A stretch of 64,000 nucleotides of DNA, from positions 62,001 through 126,000 of the forward strand of contig MCFE01000199.1 of NCBI GenBank assembly GCA_002104905.1. The letters run 5' to 3'. A model generated the notes under the pieces. The model had not been told where the DNA came from. It made no database searches and worked only from the letters and a program-made list of their open reading frames with translations. The translations under genes and the position numbers were made by a program. Positions within the stretch are counted from its first letter, which is position 1; every line of letters begins with the position of its first letter. The DNA is from Basidiobolus meristosporus CBS 931.73. Lineage: Eukaryota; Fungi; Basidiobolomycota. Positions 1 through 13,453 of the stretch are shown here, in pieces.

Positions 1-212
1 TTATGTCCTGCACAATTTTTATCCCAAAAAAAAGGTTCAAAAATTGATTTTCTCCCGCACAGTAGGAGAAACATAGGAGCTGCTTTGCATGAATATGCAG
101 AACTATATGCCACACTCTGTGGCCAGGTTTAGGTCTGCTATGACTCTCAGGCCCACTATGGCACTATTTGGCACTCATGGCTCAATGTGGCACTATCCAA
201 CGGAACAAGTCT
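1..212. mobile_element. Right arm/terminus of foldback (MITE-like) element, same family as 17459-18191; truncated by window edge
   Basis: ...GGCACTCATGGCTCAATGTGGCACTATCCAACGGAACAAGTCT matches the right end of the 17.5 kb element; followed by ATT (reverse complement of that copy's AAT TSD). Confidence 0.85.
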
Positions 213-214
213 AT

Positions 215-400
215 TATGCAGCCTCTGACCTTGCAGAAGCTGCTTTACAGTAATATCATAACAAGATCAGGTCAGTCACTATTGGATGCTCTACTAACTC
301 AACCTGGGATGAGTTGGTGTTGGAAACTCCAGATGCCTTTAAACCTCCCCACCAGCAGGAAGCCAAAGACACTCAGACAGAGAGGACTGGTTCAATGATA
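215..400 (+). pseudogene. gag: Ty3-type gag remnant
   Basis: Frame from 215 reads AALQ*YHNKIRS...STWDELVLE..AFKP, resembling the Retrotrans_gag A..WY...TW.EL...F.P motif, with a stop at the expected Trp. Confidence 0.4.
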
Positions 401-418
401 AATCTATTAGTATAGATT

Positions 419-3197
419 TATTATGAAAGATTATTTCGATGATCTAGTCAAAAAACCATTGCAGAATACAAGTCCTGTGACTGAGAGGTAATGATCATGT
501 TGGGACACTGTACAGAGACTGTTAGAAATATTTGCACCCTTGATTTCACATAAGTCCTACCCCACACTCAACAGGTAACTTCATCAAAATCTGCCACTCA
601 ATAGGTAATTCTACTGTAATGCTCTATTTCTGTGACTCTGGTGGGAGCCCAATGGCTTTATACCACTGTTCACTTGCTGGTTCCCACATGTCCTGGTCAT
701 TACCTGGCACTGCAAGGTCTAGCACCTCATCTGCCAGTCTTTGCAATAAATCCTTACAATATTCAAGTGTGTTTTCTTGAGCACCACTCTTGAAGAGGTG
801 CTGCAGCCTCTTGGTCTGCCTATTAATATTCCAAAATGCCACTAAAGGCATTGTGGTAGTCTTTCAAGTTCTTGACATTGTAGCCTTGCCTGTCAGTGGG
901 ATCTTTACTCTGTCCACAATGGAGGACATGGAGGCTGTAGTAGACAAATTACCTTTCTCTGCAAGCTCATATACTTTGCTGCAGTGTAGCTCAACTGCCT
1001 GTGCTTCCAACTCTAATGAAAACATCTGTATTCTTATTAGTAACATTTCTTGCTATGATGAGATTCAGTGTGTTCTGGGCTTACAGCATGAATTGGCAAG
1101 AACTGCAGTTTCTTTTGCATGCCTCCATGTCTCAGGCATGGGTAGACATTTTTTCCTCTACCTTTTCCTCTATCACCGCCAGGTCTTTCACTGCTACTCT
1201 GTCTGAGCTTTTCTTGTAATGAACTATGTTTTCTCCTTGAAATATTTTGCTCTGACTCATCTATTTTGGCCTGCTTGTCCCTTGCTGGAACTCTTCAGGT
1301 ATCCTGATGTTTCTTGACCACTTGTTTTGAGCTTTCAGCTGTAGTTATTATGGGCTCCTGAGAAAGCCAATGATTTTTATCACCACCAGGTCCTTCATTA
1401 CTACTGTGACTGAGTGCTTCTTGAGTGGTGCTACACTTTATCCTTGATAATGTTGTGCTGGTGCAACTCTGTTGGCCTAACTCTCCCTTGTTGGCACTCT
1501 TTTGGTTACCTGATGCCTCTTTTACACTTGTTTGGAGCTTTTGGCCCTGCTTATAACAGGCTCTTGAGGAAGCTGTTGGCTTTTAGCCATTGCTCTAGAT
1601 GTATTATCTGCTCATCCTGTTTCTGTACTATTTCCCAGCTTCTCTTGTTATTGCTTCTATCCTGTCAGCCACTGCACCAAATTGCTTCTTTAATGCTTTA
1701 GTATGAGCAGACAAAATACTTGCTAATATGTGTGGTGGCAATGTAATGACAGCCACTTACAAGTCTTTGACTGAAGGATACGTGTTTGATACAATCTCAT
1801 CTACCTGAGTGTAATGGTTAGCCTGTAGTTCTGCAGAGGTTCTTAATTGCCTACTTGAATGAGAGCCTGAGGAGTCCACATTACTACCTTTGGTGGACTC
1901 ACAGTCAACATTGCCTTTTTTGGATGTAGCCCTGCTTGTTGCACTGAATGTCAAAGCAAACTGTTGTCCAGCTGTTCTTCTGCTGCCATCAGCATTGGGG
2001 TTTGGTTAGGAACCAGACAACTTTGCTTTATTTGTAATGCTACTACAGTGGGCAAACATTGAATCTTACATTCACGTTGGTGCAATGTCTCAAATACAAG
2101 ACTGTCTAAAACGCACAAGAGCATTGACCAAAAAGTAATATAATAGTGTTATATTGTTGAAGGTCAAACTGTTTACCCCATGGACAAGACTGCTTTGACT
2201 CAACAACTTAAGAGAAGAGGAAAAAGATCATGTGGCTATTGTAACAAGCCTCTGAGCCATGAAGCACCAGACAGCATTGGAAGTATTACCAGTATCATGG
2301 CCAGTGTTCTGCCAGACAAGTTATATTTGACCTTTAATCAGTCACTACTGTACCAACATTGTCTTGCTAGTCAGTTCATACTTCTATATATGCACCTGGT
2401 TGGCTTTGTAACCTTGCGCAAACTGAGTGAGATGAACTTGCAATGTCTCTAGGCTCACCTCAGCCTTCTGAATAAGGCATGCAGAGTGATAGTTCTGACA
2501 AAGTAGGCCCACTGATGGATTGTGAGCCTATCTCCCCTAACAGCAGTACTATGCTTGAGCCTGGTCAAATTTCAATATGCAGTGAGACAACAACCATTGA
2601 AACAAATGCCAAGAATACCTTATGGAGCCAATTGAGCCTAGTAGATCATCTGCAGGTGAATGATGTAATATTGTGGCTACAGAAGTGGTGCATTTCCACT
2701 AATATTAGTAATGTGGGCTGTGAGGATTTACTTCTACTTCTAGTCAAAATCATTCTTGGATACAACTTACCATGCATATGGCACAAGCAGACAACCATCA
2801 TGCGGCTGGTATCATAGGACCAGCAACTGTGTGGATAACTCCCAGCATCCATTGCTGGATAAATTTTGTATGCTTTCCAGCAGGATAATGATAAAAGGCC
2901 TTCATGTCAGAATGCATGTTATTATATGCATTGGAGATATCCCAGCCATCAGCATAATAGCCAGCTTTTCTGGCCACAATGGACAGTACTGCTTTTAAAT
3001 GTGCAAGATCTAGAGGATTTACTCCATAGCTTGCACAGATTATTATTACCCAGACACCAGCACCAATTCCATCTTTCCACAGAGAGAATGTACAGAAGTC
3101 AACATGCACTTGCAGCAAAGTTTGCAAGCTACAAGCCATTGGCCTGACTATGCAATTTATTAGAGACCCAAGATACCTAAGATAGAGGTTTTCATTA
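419..3197 (+). mobile_element. Degenerate CACTA/EnSpm copy (ORF2 remnant on minus ~560-2030; Tnp2 transposase remnant on plus ~2180-3197)
   Basis: Co-linear with the complete copy 23784-29392 in opposite orientation; GDIPAISIIASFSGHNGQYC Tnp2 motif; decayed terminus near 419. Confidence 0.8.
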
Positions 3198-4655
3198 CCC
3201 TTTGAAAAATAACTTGGTCCCACAGGTGGATCCAATCTGGATCATCCATCAAGATCCTGCTCAGAGACCATCATAATACTAGAAGCTTGGAATTAGTGAC
3301 ACTCTTAACAATCTTATGACAGGATAACAACGGCATTTTGAAAATTTTACTACCAAATAAATTGATAAATATGACAAGATCTGATTGGTGCTGTGACAAT
3401 AATTGCATGGTATTGTTGCAGTCTTATTATGCTCTACTATTATTTTAAATGTCTCCTACCAGCCAGGACATCCAATTGCCTTATATGGCAAGAAACTTGA
3501 TGGTATTAAAACAGCCTCACTACAAGACTCTGATGGCATTATGATGGCAGTAAGGTGGGCTACAGCTGGTTCCGTATAACACCAATGTGCCAATTTACCA
3601 AATGGCATTTCCTTTCTCTACCTCTACAAACAGGCACATCTACCATAATTGACATACTTCTATCACCTCAACTTTACAGCTTTGTGGTGTGATACTTGCA
3701 AGGTTGCCATTTACCTTGTACTGCTGGCAACATACATATTTTGCAAACATATGCTTGGTTGTTGCCACTTCTGCCATGAATACCCCCTGAATATTCTCAA
3801 AGAGCTTTGCAACATATAGCTAATACATTCCTTCACCCTGCTGTATTCTAGTCCCCCTTATAGGTGCACTCCTGCTGTTGTTGTGTGAATTTGCTATTGA
3901 ATGGTGCAGAAGTTGGCTTGCAACCAAGAAAAATGTAGCATACCTTGGTAGAGTTTTCCTAATAAAAATTGGTGGCTTGTTGCACCCAGCCCAACTTTGC
4001 ATTACTTAACTGATTACCTGTGCATTGGGGCTGCTTAGATTCTTAACTCTGCATGCATAGTTGTTTCCATGTGCACATTTGTGCTCAGAATTTTCCAACT
4101 CTTGCTCACTGTCCTCCATGTGCCAACTTATCACATCCATGACAGACTTGAAGGTAATATTCTTGATGAGATTGGGATATGGTAGTACAGGCAACTTGCC
4201 TTGTCCTCCTATCTCCCCACACATCTGCTCCATAGGAAACTCCCAAAAGGTGAAGCAAGGCCCAATATTCTCCACACACCATGTAAGATGCAGTAGAGAA
4301 TGGATACAGTTGCAGCATGGATATACACATTCAGCTTTATGTTTGTAGTTTAGCCACTCAAATCCTGTCACTAACACCTTGCACAACAGCTGTAGATGTG
4401 TCAAGTTGGCATTGGTGATCCACTTTGGGATAAATATTCCTGTATTGTCCACATATGACTCCCAATGCTTCCAATGTACTCTCAGTAGGAATGGCTTCAA
4501 AATGCCACTTGAATAAATACATATCCAGTTCATCCAGTCTTTGCATTTATATTGTGGCATATGTTTATGAATACTCATTGGAGCTTGTTAGAGGTACTTA
4601 GGGTAGCAGATACTCTGTAATATCTTGTAAATTCTTTTAAATCTCTCTGGTATTG
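3198..4655 (-). mobile_element. CACTA fragment with terminus at 3198 and transposase C-terminal region (ORF 4006-4578)
   Basis: CCCTTTGAAAAATAA terminus; HSLLHLTWCVENIGPCFTFWEFPMEQMCG (DUF4218-like HL...GP...W.FPMER motif). Confidence 0.8.
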
Positions 4656-5036
4656 GGGCTCATAACCTGTTGCAATTTAAGAAGTGATTTGGATATAAGG
4701 AACTTATCAAGAAATAGTGATAATAGTTGAACTGTTGTTTATTCATAAAGAAGTTCAGTATTAATACCTTTGTAGAAGTAATACAGCTGCAACACTAAGT
4801 AGGGAGGGTTGCTCAATATTCAGGAGCATTCTGTAACAGTTTTAGGGTTAGTACATAATGTTTGGTAATAGTGCTAATTTGATCCTGACTGTAGGGGAAT
4901 AATTGTAAGATCATATATCTAGAGAAAGTGGCAAAGTTAAGGCAGTAAATGAGTCCTACAGTGACTAAGACTAGCCTGGAATTGTTAAGTAAATTTTTAG
5001 CTGCTGAATGATACCAAATAGTCCAATATTTCAACA
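4656..5036 (-). mobile_element. Orphan Ty1/Copia 5' LTR (4668-5036) with its PBS (4656-4667); internal domain lost
   Basis: 369-bp TGTTG...CAACA LTR homologous to the LTRs of 55738-60236; adjacent minus-strand GGTTATGAGCCC. Confidence 0.88.
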
Positions 5037-5200
5037 GCTACCTTCTATTGAAAGCTATTCTGAAGTAAGTGGTACTGACTTGACCTACAAGCTCTCACAC
5101 TCACAAAGTACAGTCAGTAATAACCCACATATTTGGTGCCATCTCTGCAGAAATAAGCACAAGTGAGGTAATAACTACTACAATCAGACTAAAAACATAC

Positions 5201-5943
5201 ATGGGAAAGAGCAAGAAAGCCCTTGAGTGGTTTGATAAGTTTGGGAGAGTTGCAGTTGATGCAGGATGGGATGATAATAGGAAAGTAAGGGAGTTTGCAA
5301 GACATATGGAAGGCTCTGCATGGCAATGGCATTATGTGCTGGAAGATGCAGTTAAACACAACTGGGATGTAGTAAAAGAAGCCTACAAGATACGGTTTCT
5401 ATATGCCAAGGGATACCACTACAGAGCCCTTTACTGTCCTCACAGAAGAAAAGCCATGAGAGCTATGAGGCCTACACTGAGCTGTTTCTCCAACAAGGTT
5501 GATGTCTCTTGAGGGACAAAATTGCCAAACAACAGCCCATGAGGTATTACATCATGGGCTTAGACAACAAAGTAAGATGCAGTGCATCCAAAGAACAACA
5601 GAGATGTCAAATGCTGCAAGAGCTGGTCAAACAAGTACAAGGGGTCATCTTGCTTTAGGTGCTACCCTGTAGTGATACAAGTGATTGAAGGACAGGGATC
5701 CCCCGTAAGAAAGGAAAAATTGCCTCCCCAAGAGACCATGAGTTAGAGGAATTATTGCAAAAGATCCAAGAACTCTTGATCAGCAATTTCCAAGAGGTCC
5801 CCAAAGAAGGTGATGAACTCTGGGAAGCTGTTGTGGATCTAAAGGCCCAGGTGCAAGTCCTGAGCCAGCAGAAGGAACAACCGCAACAACAGTACCTGTG
5901 TTATGTATGTGGAGAAGTAGGGTACCAAGCCCACAAATGTTAA
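5201..5943 (+). pseudogene. gag: Element D gag (frameshifted)
   Basis: ORFs 5201-5512 and 5755-5943; Retrotrans_gag-like WFDKF...GW...MEGSAWQW and a CCHC knuckle. Confidence 0.8.
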
Positions 5944-7990
5944 AAATGCTACAGACAAGAACCTATACCTGAAACATAAGAGAAGGACACATCAAAAGAC
6001 AGAGTCCCTTGGCAGGGGGCCACCAGGACTTGGTCAATCTAAGCCCTCCAGTCAGAACAGTCAAAGTGTAGAAGAAGAAGCATTGACATGATGCTTCTAG
6101 AGAGGAGGCAAAGGAACCTGTGGTGGAGGTTCTGTCAAAAGGAAAGAATGCAGATTTAGGTGGAGAAGTAAGGAATGAGCCTTGGGAAGAAGTGTTGAAG
6201 CAAACAAGGTACACTAGTACATCTTCCCACGGCCTATTTGCCGTAATGAAGGTACTAGAGGCAACCCTCCCAATAACCAATTTACTGGGACTTGCCCCAG
6301 CCTCATTCAAGGAACTGATAGAGGAATTGAAGGAGATAACAACCCTTCATGTCTACCCAATGGTACTACAAAAGCCAAATAAGGGTACATATGTAAAGGT
6401 ATATATAGAGAATAAGGAGATTCTTGCCCTTATTGACACAGATCCACTATGTTGATCATGTCAGAGTCATTAGCAAAAGATCTAAAGTTAGATATAGTCC
6501 CCAACAACACCATTTGGGTATAGCTAGCAAATAACCAACTGGACACAACAGTAGGAGTGGTTCCTATTTGCCCCATCTGGCTAGGCAACTCGATTATACA
6601 CCAAGATGTTGTGGTCTAACCTGTTGCAGCCTGCAACTTACTCATAGGTAAGAGTTGGTTTATCCAACATAAGATGGTCATACTCTACAGTGCATCTGAA
6701 CTCAGGTGGGATACCTAGAGTATCCCTCTGATTCATATCACCAATGTGAGCAAGGCACATAGCAACAGTATGACAATCAAGGAGGTGAAGCCAATGCAGT
6801 CTCTCATCATAACACAAAAGGTTATAAAAATACCACCTACTGGTGAGATGGTGAGCTTATTAGAGACACCAATAGCTTATTCAACAAGTGGAAGAATGAT
6901 AACTGCAATAAAGGTATCCACGCAACTGGAAGGAATCTCAATCCCTAAAGTATGGATACCATCAAAACTTGAAATGCATAGTCTGAAGTGCTTAGTGGTT
7001 AACAATGGGTAACACATGGTGACATTGCCTAGAGGAGTACCATTGTTAAACCTAGAGGAAGTCAACAGATACAACTAAGGAATGCCTACAAACAAGGAAC
7101 CAAATGAAAACTCCCCAAACTGGATGTGGACCCTGGTCTACTACCTACATTACAAGACAAGTTCCCAGAAGGAACAGGCCTGCTGGCCTGAGTATTCTCT
7201 GAGAACCAAGTAATTGGCCATATACCTGAACTATATCACCAAATCCACCTTGCCAACAAATACCCCATGAAGCAAAAAGCCTATAGGAGCTTGAAAATTG
7301 ACACACACTATATCAAAGAGATGATTGAAGCTTCATTAGAAGACTTCATCATTACAGAGAGCCATTCTCTGTGGGCCTCCCCCATAGTGATAGTCCCAAA
7401 GACAGACAGAAACTGAAGCTTTTGCATTGACTACTAAAAATTGAACGCCATCACTTGGAAGGATGTGCTTCCGCTACCGCAAATAGACAGCCTCTTGGGC
7501 AGATTAATTGGCGCTAAATATTTTAGCTCTCTTGACTTAATCTCTAGGCATTGGCAAGTAGAAGTAGCCCTGGAAGATCAACTCAAACTGCATATATAAC
7601 ATTGTTTGGATTATACAAATGGAACTAACCACCCTTTGGCTTGTGCAATGCTCCCGCTACATTCCAAAGGATGATTGACAAGGTGCTAGAAAATTTACAA
7701 TGGGAATGTGCTCTTGTGTATCTGGACAACATCACAATATATTCCCCTGATGTAGAAGAACATATACATAATGTGCACCATATCCTGACAGTTCTCCTCA
7801 TGACCCAATTCAAACTACATCCCAAGCAGTGCCATTTCCTGAATACAAAATTGATGCTCCTAGGCCATAAGACCTTGGCAGATGGGAAATACCCATCTGC
7901 TTCACTCCTAAAAGCTATCAAGATACACCTGCGGCAAAGGTTATCAATGCAGCGTTGGGATTCCTAGGATTAGCTGGCTACTATTGCTGC

Positions 7991-9060
7991 TGTGGTGGTG
8001 TATAGGTTCAAAGGAGAGATATGTCTTACACTTCTCAAGTGTTTTGTGTGTGGGGTATTCACTGGGTGCAATAACCTCGGACAAATGCTTGCTAGGAATA
8101 CTTGGGTTCTGTCTCTAATCTAATGTGATGGGGAATAAAGCTGTAAGCTTGTCAAGGGAAAGCTATTGAGCTACAATCCCCAACTTAGTTGGTGTCTTCA
8201 CAAAAGTATGTACTGGGTTCAGCATCCTTTGAGATGACAAAGCACTAAAGCTTCCAAAGTCAAAACAACTGTAAACTCCACCAGCAGGGACTTGATAAGA
8301 ATGCAGCTGTGGTCAATAGTTACAAAGACAGAAAAGTATCTTAGCCTGTACAAGAACAAACTTGGGCAAGAATCAAATATAATAAGAGATACCTACTCTG
8401 AGTATTCCTCACAAGTAGTGCCTCCAAGATCAGTTGGCTGTCAGTGTGGTTTCCTGGGAGTGTCCTGTGGTCTGAGGTTGGAAGTTCAGGTTGCAGCAGG
8501 TAGCAGTGATCACACCAATCAACAAGCTGGTATATTGATAAAAGGGATGATGATTTATTGTTGAGGAATAGCTTCCCTTCTAAACTTTTCTCACTGGCTA
8601 AGTGATTACTAATCATGGTGTTCCAGAAGGTTCCAGAGATCTATAGAAATCTTAATGACATCAGAATGAGCTAAGAATATTCTAAGTAGGTACTGGAAGG
8701 TTCTAAGAGGTATAGCACATCCAACCAATCAGGAAGCAGTATTATGAAACCTGTGTAACATAGGAATACCATATATTGTATAGAAATGGTAGGGATGGTG
8801 GCACAGGTTGACCATGTGCCACGGGTACTGGCTTGGGTACTTGCCTAATATAGAGGCACCTACTGCTAGTAATCTTACATAAAGTGGAGGATAACTTATG
8901 CAATAAGGTAAGCAGGTGTGATAGTCAACAGGCTTATGGGATAATACTGATCAGGTAGACAAATGGGATAAAACTAAAATAAGGGTAGCAGAGAAATAGG
9001 GAAGTAGAAAATATAGGAATGAGCACTACTGTTAGTGGGTGTCACTGTGACCCCACTACA
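7991..9060 (-). mobile_element. Solo LTR of Ty3 family B inserted in D pol
   Basis: TG...CA, ~1.07 kb, homologous to 32306-33384; 4-bp TSD CTGC (left, deaminated)/CCGC (right). Confidence 0.92.
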
Positions 9061-9455
9061 CCGCTTTGTCAAAAACTTTGCAACAATAGCAGCCCCCCTA
9101 CACAAATTGATGCAAAAAGGCCAGTGTTTTGTGTGGTTGGAGCCTCAAAAGAGAGCATTTAATCAGCTGAAACATGCCCTGACATCATCACCAGTATTGA
9201 ATTTTCCCAATTGGGATGCAAGATTTCTTATTAACTGTGATAGAAATCTCACCGGTATAGGTTCCATACTGGGACAATACCACCCACCCAGCAAATTCCA
9301 CCCAACTGGTTATGTGAGCCATTTGCTAAACAAACACATACATCACTACCCTGTTGCCAAGATAGAATGTCTGGCTGTTGTTTATTCAATTCAATGACTC
9401 CATACATACATACATGGTTGCCAATTCACAAATGTAATGGACCACAGAGCACCGG

Positions 9456-10526
9456 TGTGGTGGTGTATAGGTCCAAGGGAGAGATACGTCCAACACTTCT
9501 CAAGTGTTTTGTGTGTGGGGTGTTCACTGGGTGCAATAACCTCTGGCAAAAGCTTGCTAGGAATACTTGGGTTCTGTCTCTAATCTAATGTGAAGGGGAA
9601 TAAAGCCACAAGCTTGTCAAGGGAAAACTATTGAGCTACAATCCCCAACTTAGTTGGCGTCTTAACAAAAGTATGTGCTGGGTTCAGCGTCCTTTGAGAT
9701 GACAATGTACTAAAGCTTCCAAAGTCAAAACAACTGTAAACTCCACCAGCAGGGACTTGATAAGAATGCAGCTGTGGTCAATAGTTACAAAGACAGAAAA
9801 GTATCTTTGCCTGTACAAGAACAAACTTGGGAAAGAATCAAATATAATAAAAGATACCTACTCTGAGTATTCCTCACAAGTAGTGCCTCCAAGGTCAGTT
9901 GGCTGTCAGCGCGGTTTCCTGGGAGTGTCCTGTGGTCTGGGGTTGGAAGTTCAGGTAGCAGCAGGTAGCAGTGATCACACTAATCAACAAGTTGGTATAT
10001 TGATAAAAGGGATGATGATTTATTGTTGAGGGATAGCCTCCCTTATATACTTTTCTCACTGGCTAAGTGATTACTAATCATGGTGTTCCAGAAGGTTCCG
10101 GAGATCAATAGAAATATTAATGACATCAGAATGACCTAAGAATGTTCTAAGTAGGTGCCGGAAGGTTCTAAGAGGCACAGCACATCCAACCAATCAGGAA
10201 TCAGTATTCTGAAACCTGTGTAACATGGGGATACCATATACGGTATGGAAATGGTAGGGATGGTGACATAAGCTGATCATGTGTCACGGGTACTGGCGCG
10301 GGTACTTGCCTAATATAGAAGTACTTATAGCTAGTAATCTTACATAAGGTGAGGGGTAACTTATGCAATAAGGTAAGCAGGTGTGATAGTCAACCGGCTT
10401 ATGGGATAGTACTGATTGGGTAAGACAAATGGGATAAAACTAAAATAAGTGTAGTAGAGATATAGGGAAGTAGAAAATAAGGGAATGAGCACATCTGTCA
10501 GTGGGTGTCACTGTCACCCCACTACA
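9456..10526 (-). mobile_element. Second solo LTR of Ty3 family B inserted in D RNase H
   Basis: TG...CA, homologous to 7991-9060; perfect 4-bp TSD CCGG (9452-9455, 10527-10530). Confidence 0.93.
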
Positions 10527-11819
10527 CCGGTCTAGCAGATGAAAACTAAAGTACCCCAAACATGTTGTTACAAACAAGCAGAAGAGAGACTTCCAACAGA
10601 AATGGTGTCTGTACAATTACAAGAAAACCAATTATGGTTCCTCTAAGAACAGTCCAGAGTCAAGGTACCCCTTGTGACTGCCAGTGTAGAAATTATACAA
10701 GAAAGACATGTGTTATTAGGACGTGCTAACCCACTAACAACATACAAGATGTTAAGAAAGACCTTTTATTGGAAAGAAATGATGACCAACACTACAAATA
10801 AGTTACAAATATGCTCCACTTGCAAGAGATTTTACTGGAGTCAGAAGATAGGGACAACTGCACCAATACTGGTTGACCTACCCTTCCACCCGGTAGGGAT
10901 CAACTCTGTTGGCCCCTTTGTGAAAACAAGGAAAGGAGAACAGTACATAATAATTGCTACCAATTATTTCTCATATAGGTCAAAGCCCAAGCCATTTGAA
11001 ATAAAGATTGAAGACAAATGCCCAATTCATCCTAGAACATCTTGTCTGCTGGCACAGATATTCTCAGATACTCCTGTCTGACAATAGTGGTTCCTTCCTG
11101 AACAACACTGTGACCTATTTGTGCAAAATGATGGGCATAAAACAGGTCCTCACGGCCGCGTATCACCCCCAGACCAATGGATTAACCAAGAGGATGAACC
11201 AGATGTATTGCTGCATGCTAGAGAAGTTTCACTGGCAACTTCCCCAGTGATGGGCCAAGCTGCTCCCACTGACACTGCTAGCAATGTGTACAATACCAAA
11301 TAAATTTACAGGTTTCTCCCCATACAAAGTTCTGTATGGATGAATGCCCAAGTGGCATGAAGAAGCTGGATTGACAATGGAAGTTGTCCCCTTGACAACA
11401 CATAACACCTATGTAGAATGGTAGATACACCATATTGCCCACCTATACATCCAAGTATTTGAAAATACTGACAAGCACCTTCCCCCTCAACCCAAAAAGG
11501 AGAAGCTAATGGGACAAAAGTGGAAACCAGGTAATAAGGTGTGATACAACCAAACTGTTGCAGGCCTCAAGTTTTGCCTACAATTTACACCCCGATGGAT
11601 TGGCCCTTGCACCATTATTAGATTGGATCACAGACTAAAGTACACCATCACCCTGAACAATAAGTCAATCAGCAACATAGCACCAGGCCATCTGAAACTG
11701 TTTCATGATGATCCACTGATCATCATTGAAACCAAAGTGCAAATAAACTATTTTCAGGACAAGGATAGAGGAAGACACAGGATACTTACAAGGTTTATTA
11801 GAGGAGATTTTAGCTAATA

Positions 11820-13085
11820 TAGGTACAAATGATATGAGCAAGGAAGTTTGCCCAAAAGGGAGAACAAAAGAATGCATATGGAAAGTGCCAATGGAAGCTG
11901 CTCACCCAAAACTGGTGATACCCTCCCACTAGCAAGAATCAAGATGATATCAAAAACAAGACCAACCTGCAAGTGTTGAGAGATATGGTACAAGCATCAA
12001 GTGCAATGAGAGCGACCTATGAAGATTCATTTGCTGGAGCAGTCATGTTGATACAAGACACAATCAGAGAGGGACAGGACAAGTTACCGATGCCCATACA
12101 AAATATGGAGATACTACTTAAGAAGACCATGTACCATTGGAGAGAAGGTTCATTGATCATTAAGGAGAAGGACACTGCACTGATTCCTGTATCCATAAAG
12201 GACACAGTCAGACAGAAGATGCAAGGAATCAACTGTTGCACCCTCACAATGCAACAAGAGCCACCTGTTCTGTTGCATACTGCTATTAATAGGTACCATG
12301 GTCACTGAGGTATACACAGACCTGGTATAAGTTGCAAGAGCACCACAAGTAAAACTCCTACCCAAAGGACTCCTCTAAGAAGTTTGCAAACATCTTAAAT
12401 CACATTTCCAACAAGGAATCATCCTAGAGAGGATATGCAAATAGATTAAATACACCAGCCAGTTAACCCATGCAATCCACCAAGTTGCTGTGTTACAACT
12501 ATTACAATGGCTTACCTTAGGTCACCTCAGGAACCAGTGCAAACTCCAACTCCAAGAAGCCAAAGAAACCGCCGCATACTCTGTAGAAACCATGAGGCAA
12601 GTGCAAAAGTGCCTTGATTGTGCCACAGTCTCTACAGAAGAAGTACAATATGTCTCCAAAGAAGCAAATACTTGTAATTGGCAATGGGTGACCGCCAACC
12701 AAGTGTACACCCTTGTCTAAAGGGCCCCCACCATCATATTGCACACAACAAGGACAAGCCCCAACAACCTTTGCAAGATAAAGAGGCAAGACTTTATTGC
12801 GTTATTGCTACTGTTCTCATTCTCTGACCCACCCAAGGAAGTAACCCAGAACCCTATGGCTTGCCAATTGTTTGGGTCTGTGGAAAACATCCCTTAAGCA
12901 ACACAAGCTGCATCCCACTTGCCGCCAAATGGTGTTAGATACATGCCCACAACCCCCTTGCAAGTGACAAGCAGCAATGGTACTATAGTGACTCCCCATG
13001 CTCTTTAAACAAAAGTGACCCTGGAGAAGCAAGTTAGTCAAAAAACTTCAAGGACAAAGCTCCCCCTTAACCCCCACAATATGTG
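11820..13085 (+). pseudogene. Degenerate extra ORF of unknown function between integrase and 3' LTR of element D
   Basis: Long sense frames (11973-12308; ~12241-13085) broken only by a few TAA/TAG stops and a frameshift; no recognisable motif. Confidence 0.45.
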
Positions 13086-13453
13086 AGTACTAAATGTAGT
13101 ACCTACTCTATGCCCAAGAGTTCTCCCCTGAGTCCTACCCAAAGTCCCCCAGTACCCTCCCTATGAATCCCCTATGCATCTTCCCTCCTATTCCTGCCCT
13201 TATCTACTTAGAACACTTACCATAACAGGAAGGTGTTCACACCCCTATTTTATAACACATTGTCTATTATCTATGCCCCTCCAAGTGATATATATATCTG
13301 ATTGAACCAAGTGAGAGAAAAACAAGATTTTGGATGGAATAAACACAAGTCCTTATTACCTTGCAACCTTCTACTGGAAGCTATTCTGAGCTAAGTGGTA
13401 CTGACTTGACTTACAAGCTCTCCCACTCACCAAGTACAGTTAGTAATAACCCA

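Larger units (their letters stand above)
6380..11720 (+). pseudogene. pol: Element D pol (PR-RT-RH-IN), interrupted by two solo LTRs and many stops
   Basis: GLCNAPATFQRMID..L, YLDN, RFVKNFATIAAPL, ECLAVVYSI, YHPQTNG; frame rejoins across the solo LTRs (YYC|RFV). Confidence 0.88.
5037..13453 (+). mobile_element. Degenerate Ty3/Gypsy element D (5' LTR remnant 5037-5129, PBS-like TGGTGCC at 5134, gag, PR, RT, RH, IN, extra 3' ORF, 3' LTR ending ~13453)
   Basis: Shared ~90 bp at 5039-5129 and 13366-13453; Ty3 domain order; gag EGSAWQWHY, knuckle CYVCGEVGYQAHKC, protease ALIDT, RT YLDN, IN GHKTG/TAAYHPQTNGLTKRMN. Confidence 0.88.

Noticed and set aside
8292-10029. Recurrent 85-90 aa ORFs (8292-8564, 9757-10029, 32487-32693, 44150-44407)
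   Set aside because: They lie inside family-B LTRs, are not open in the same frame in all copies and have no motifs; repetition reflects LTR homology
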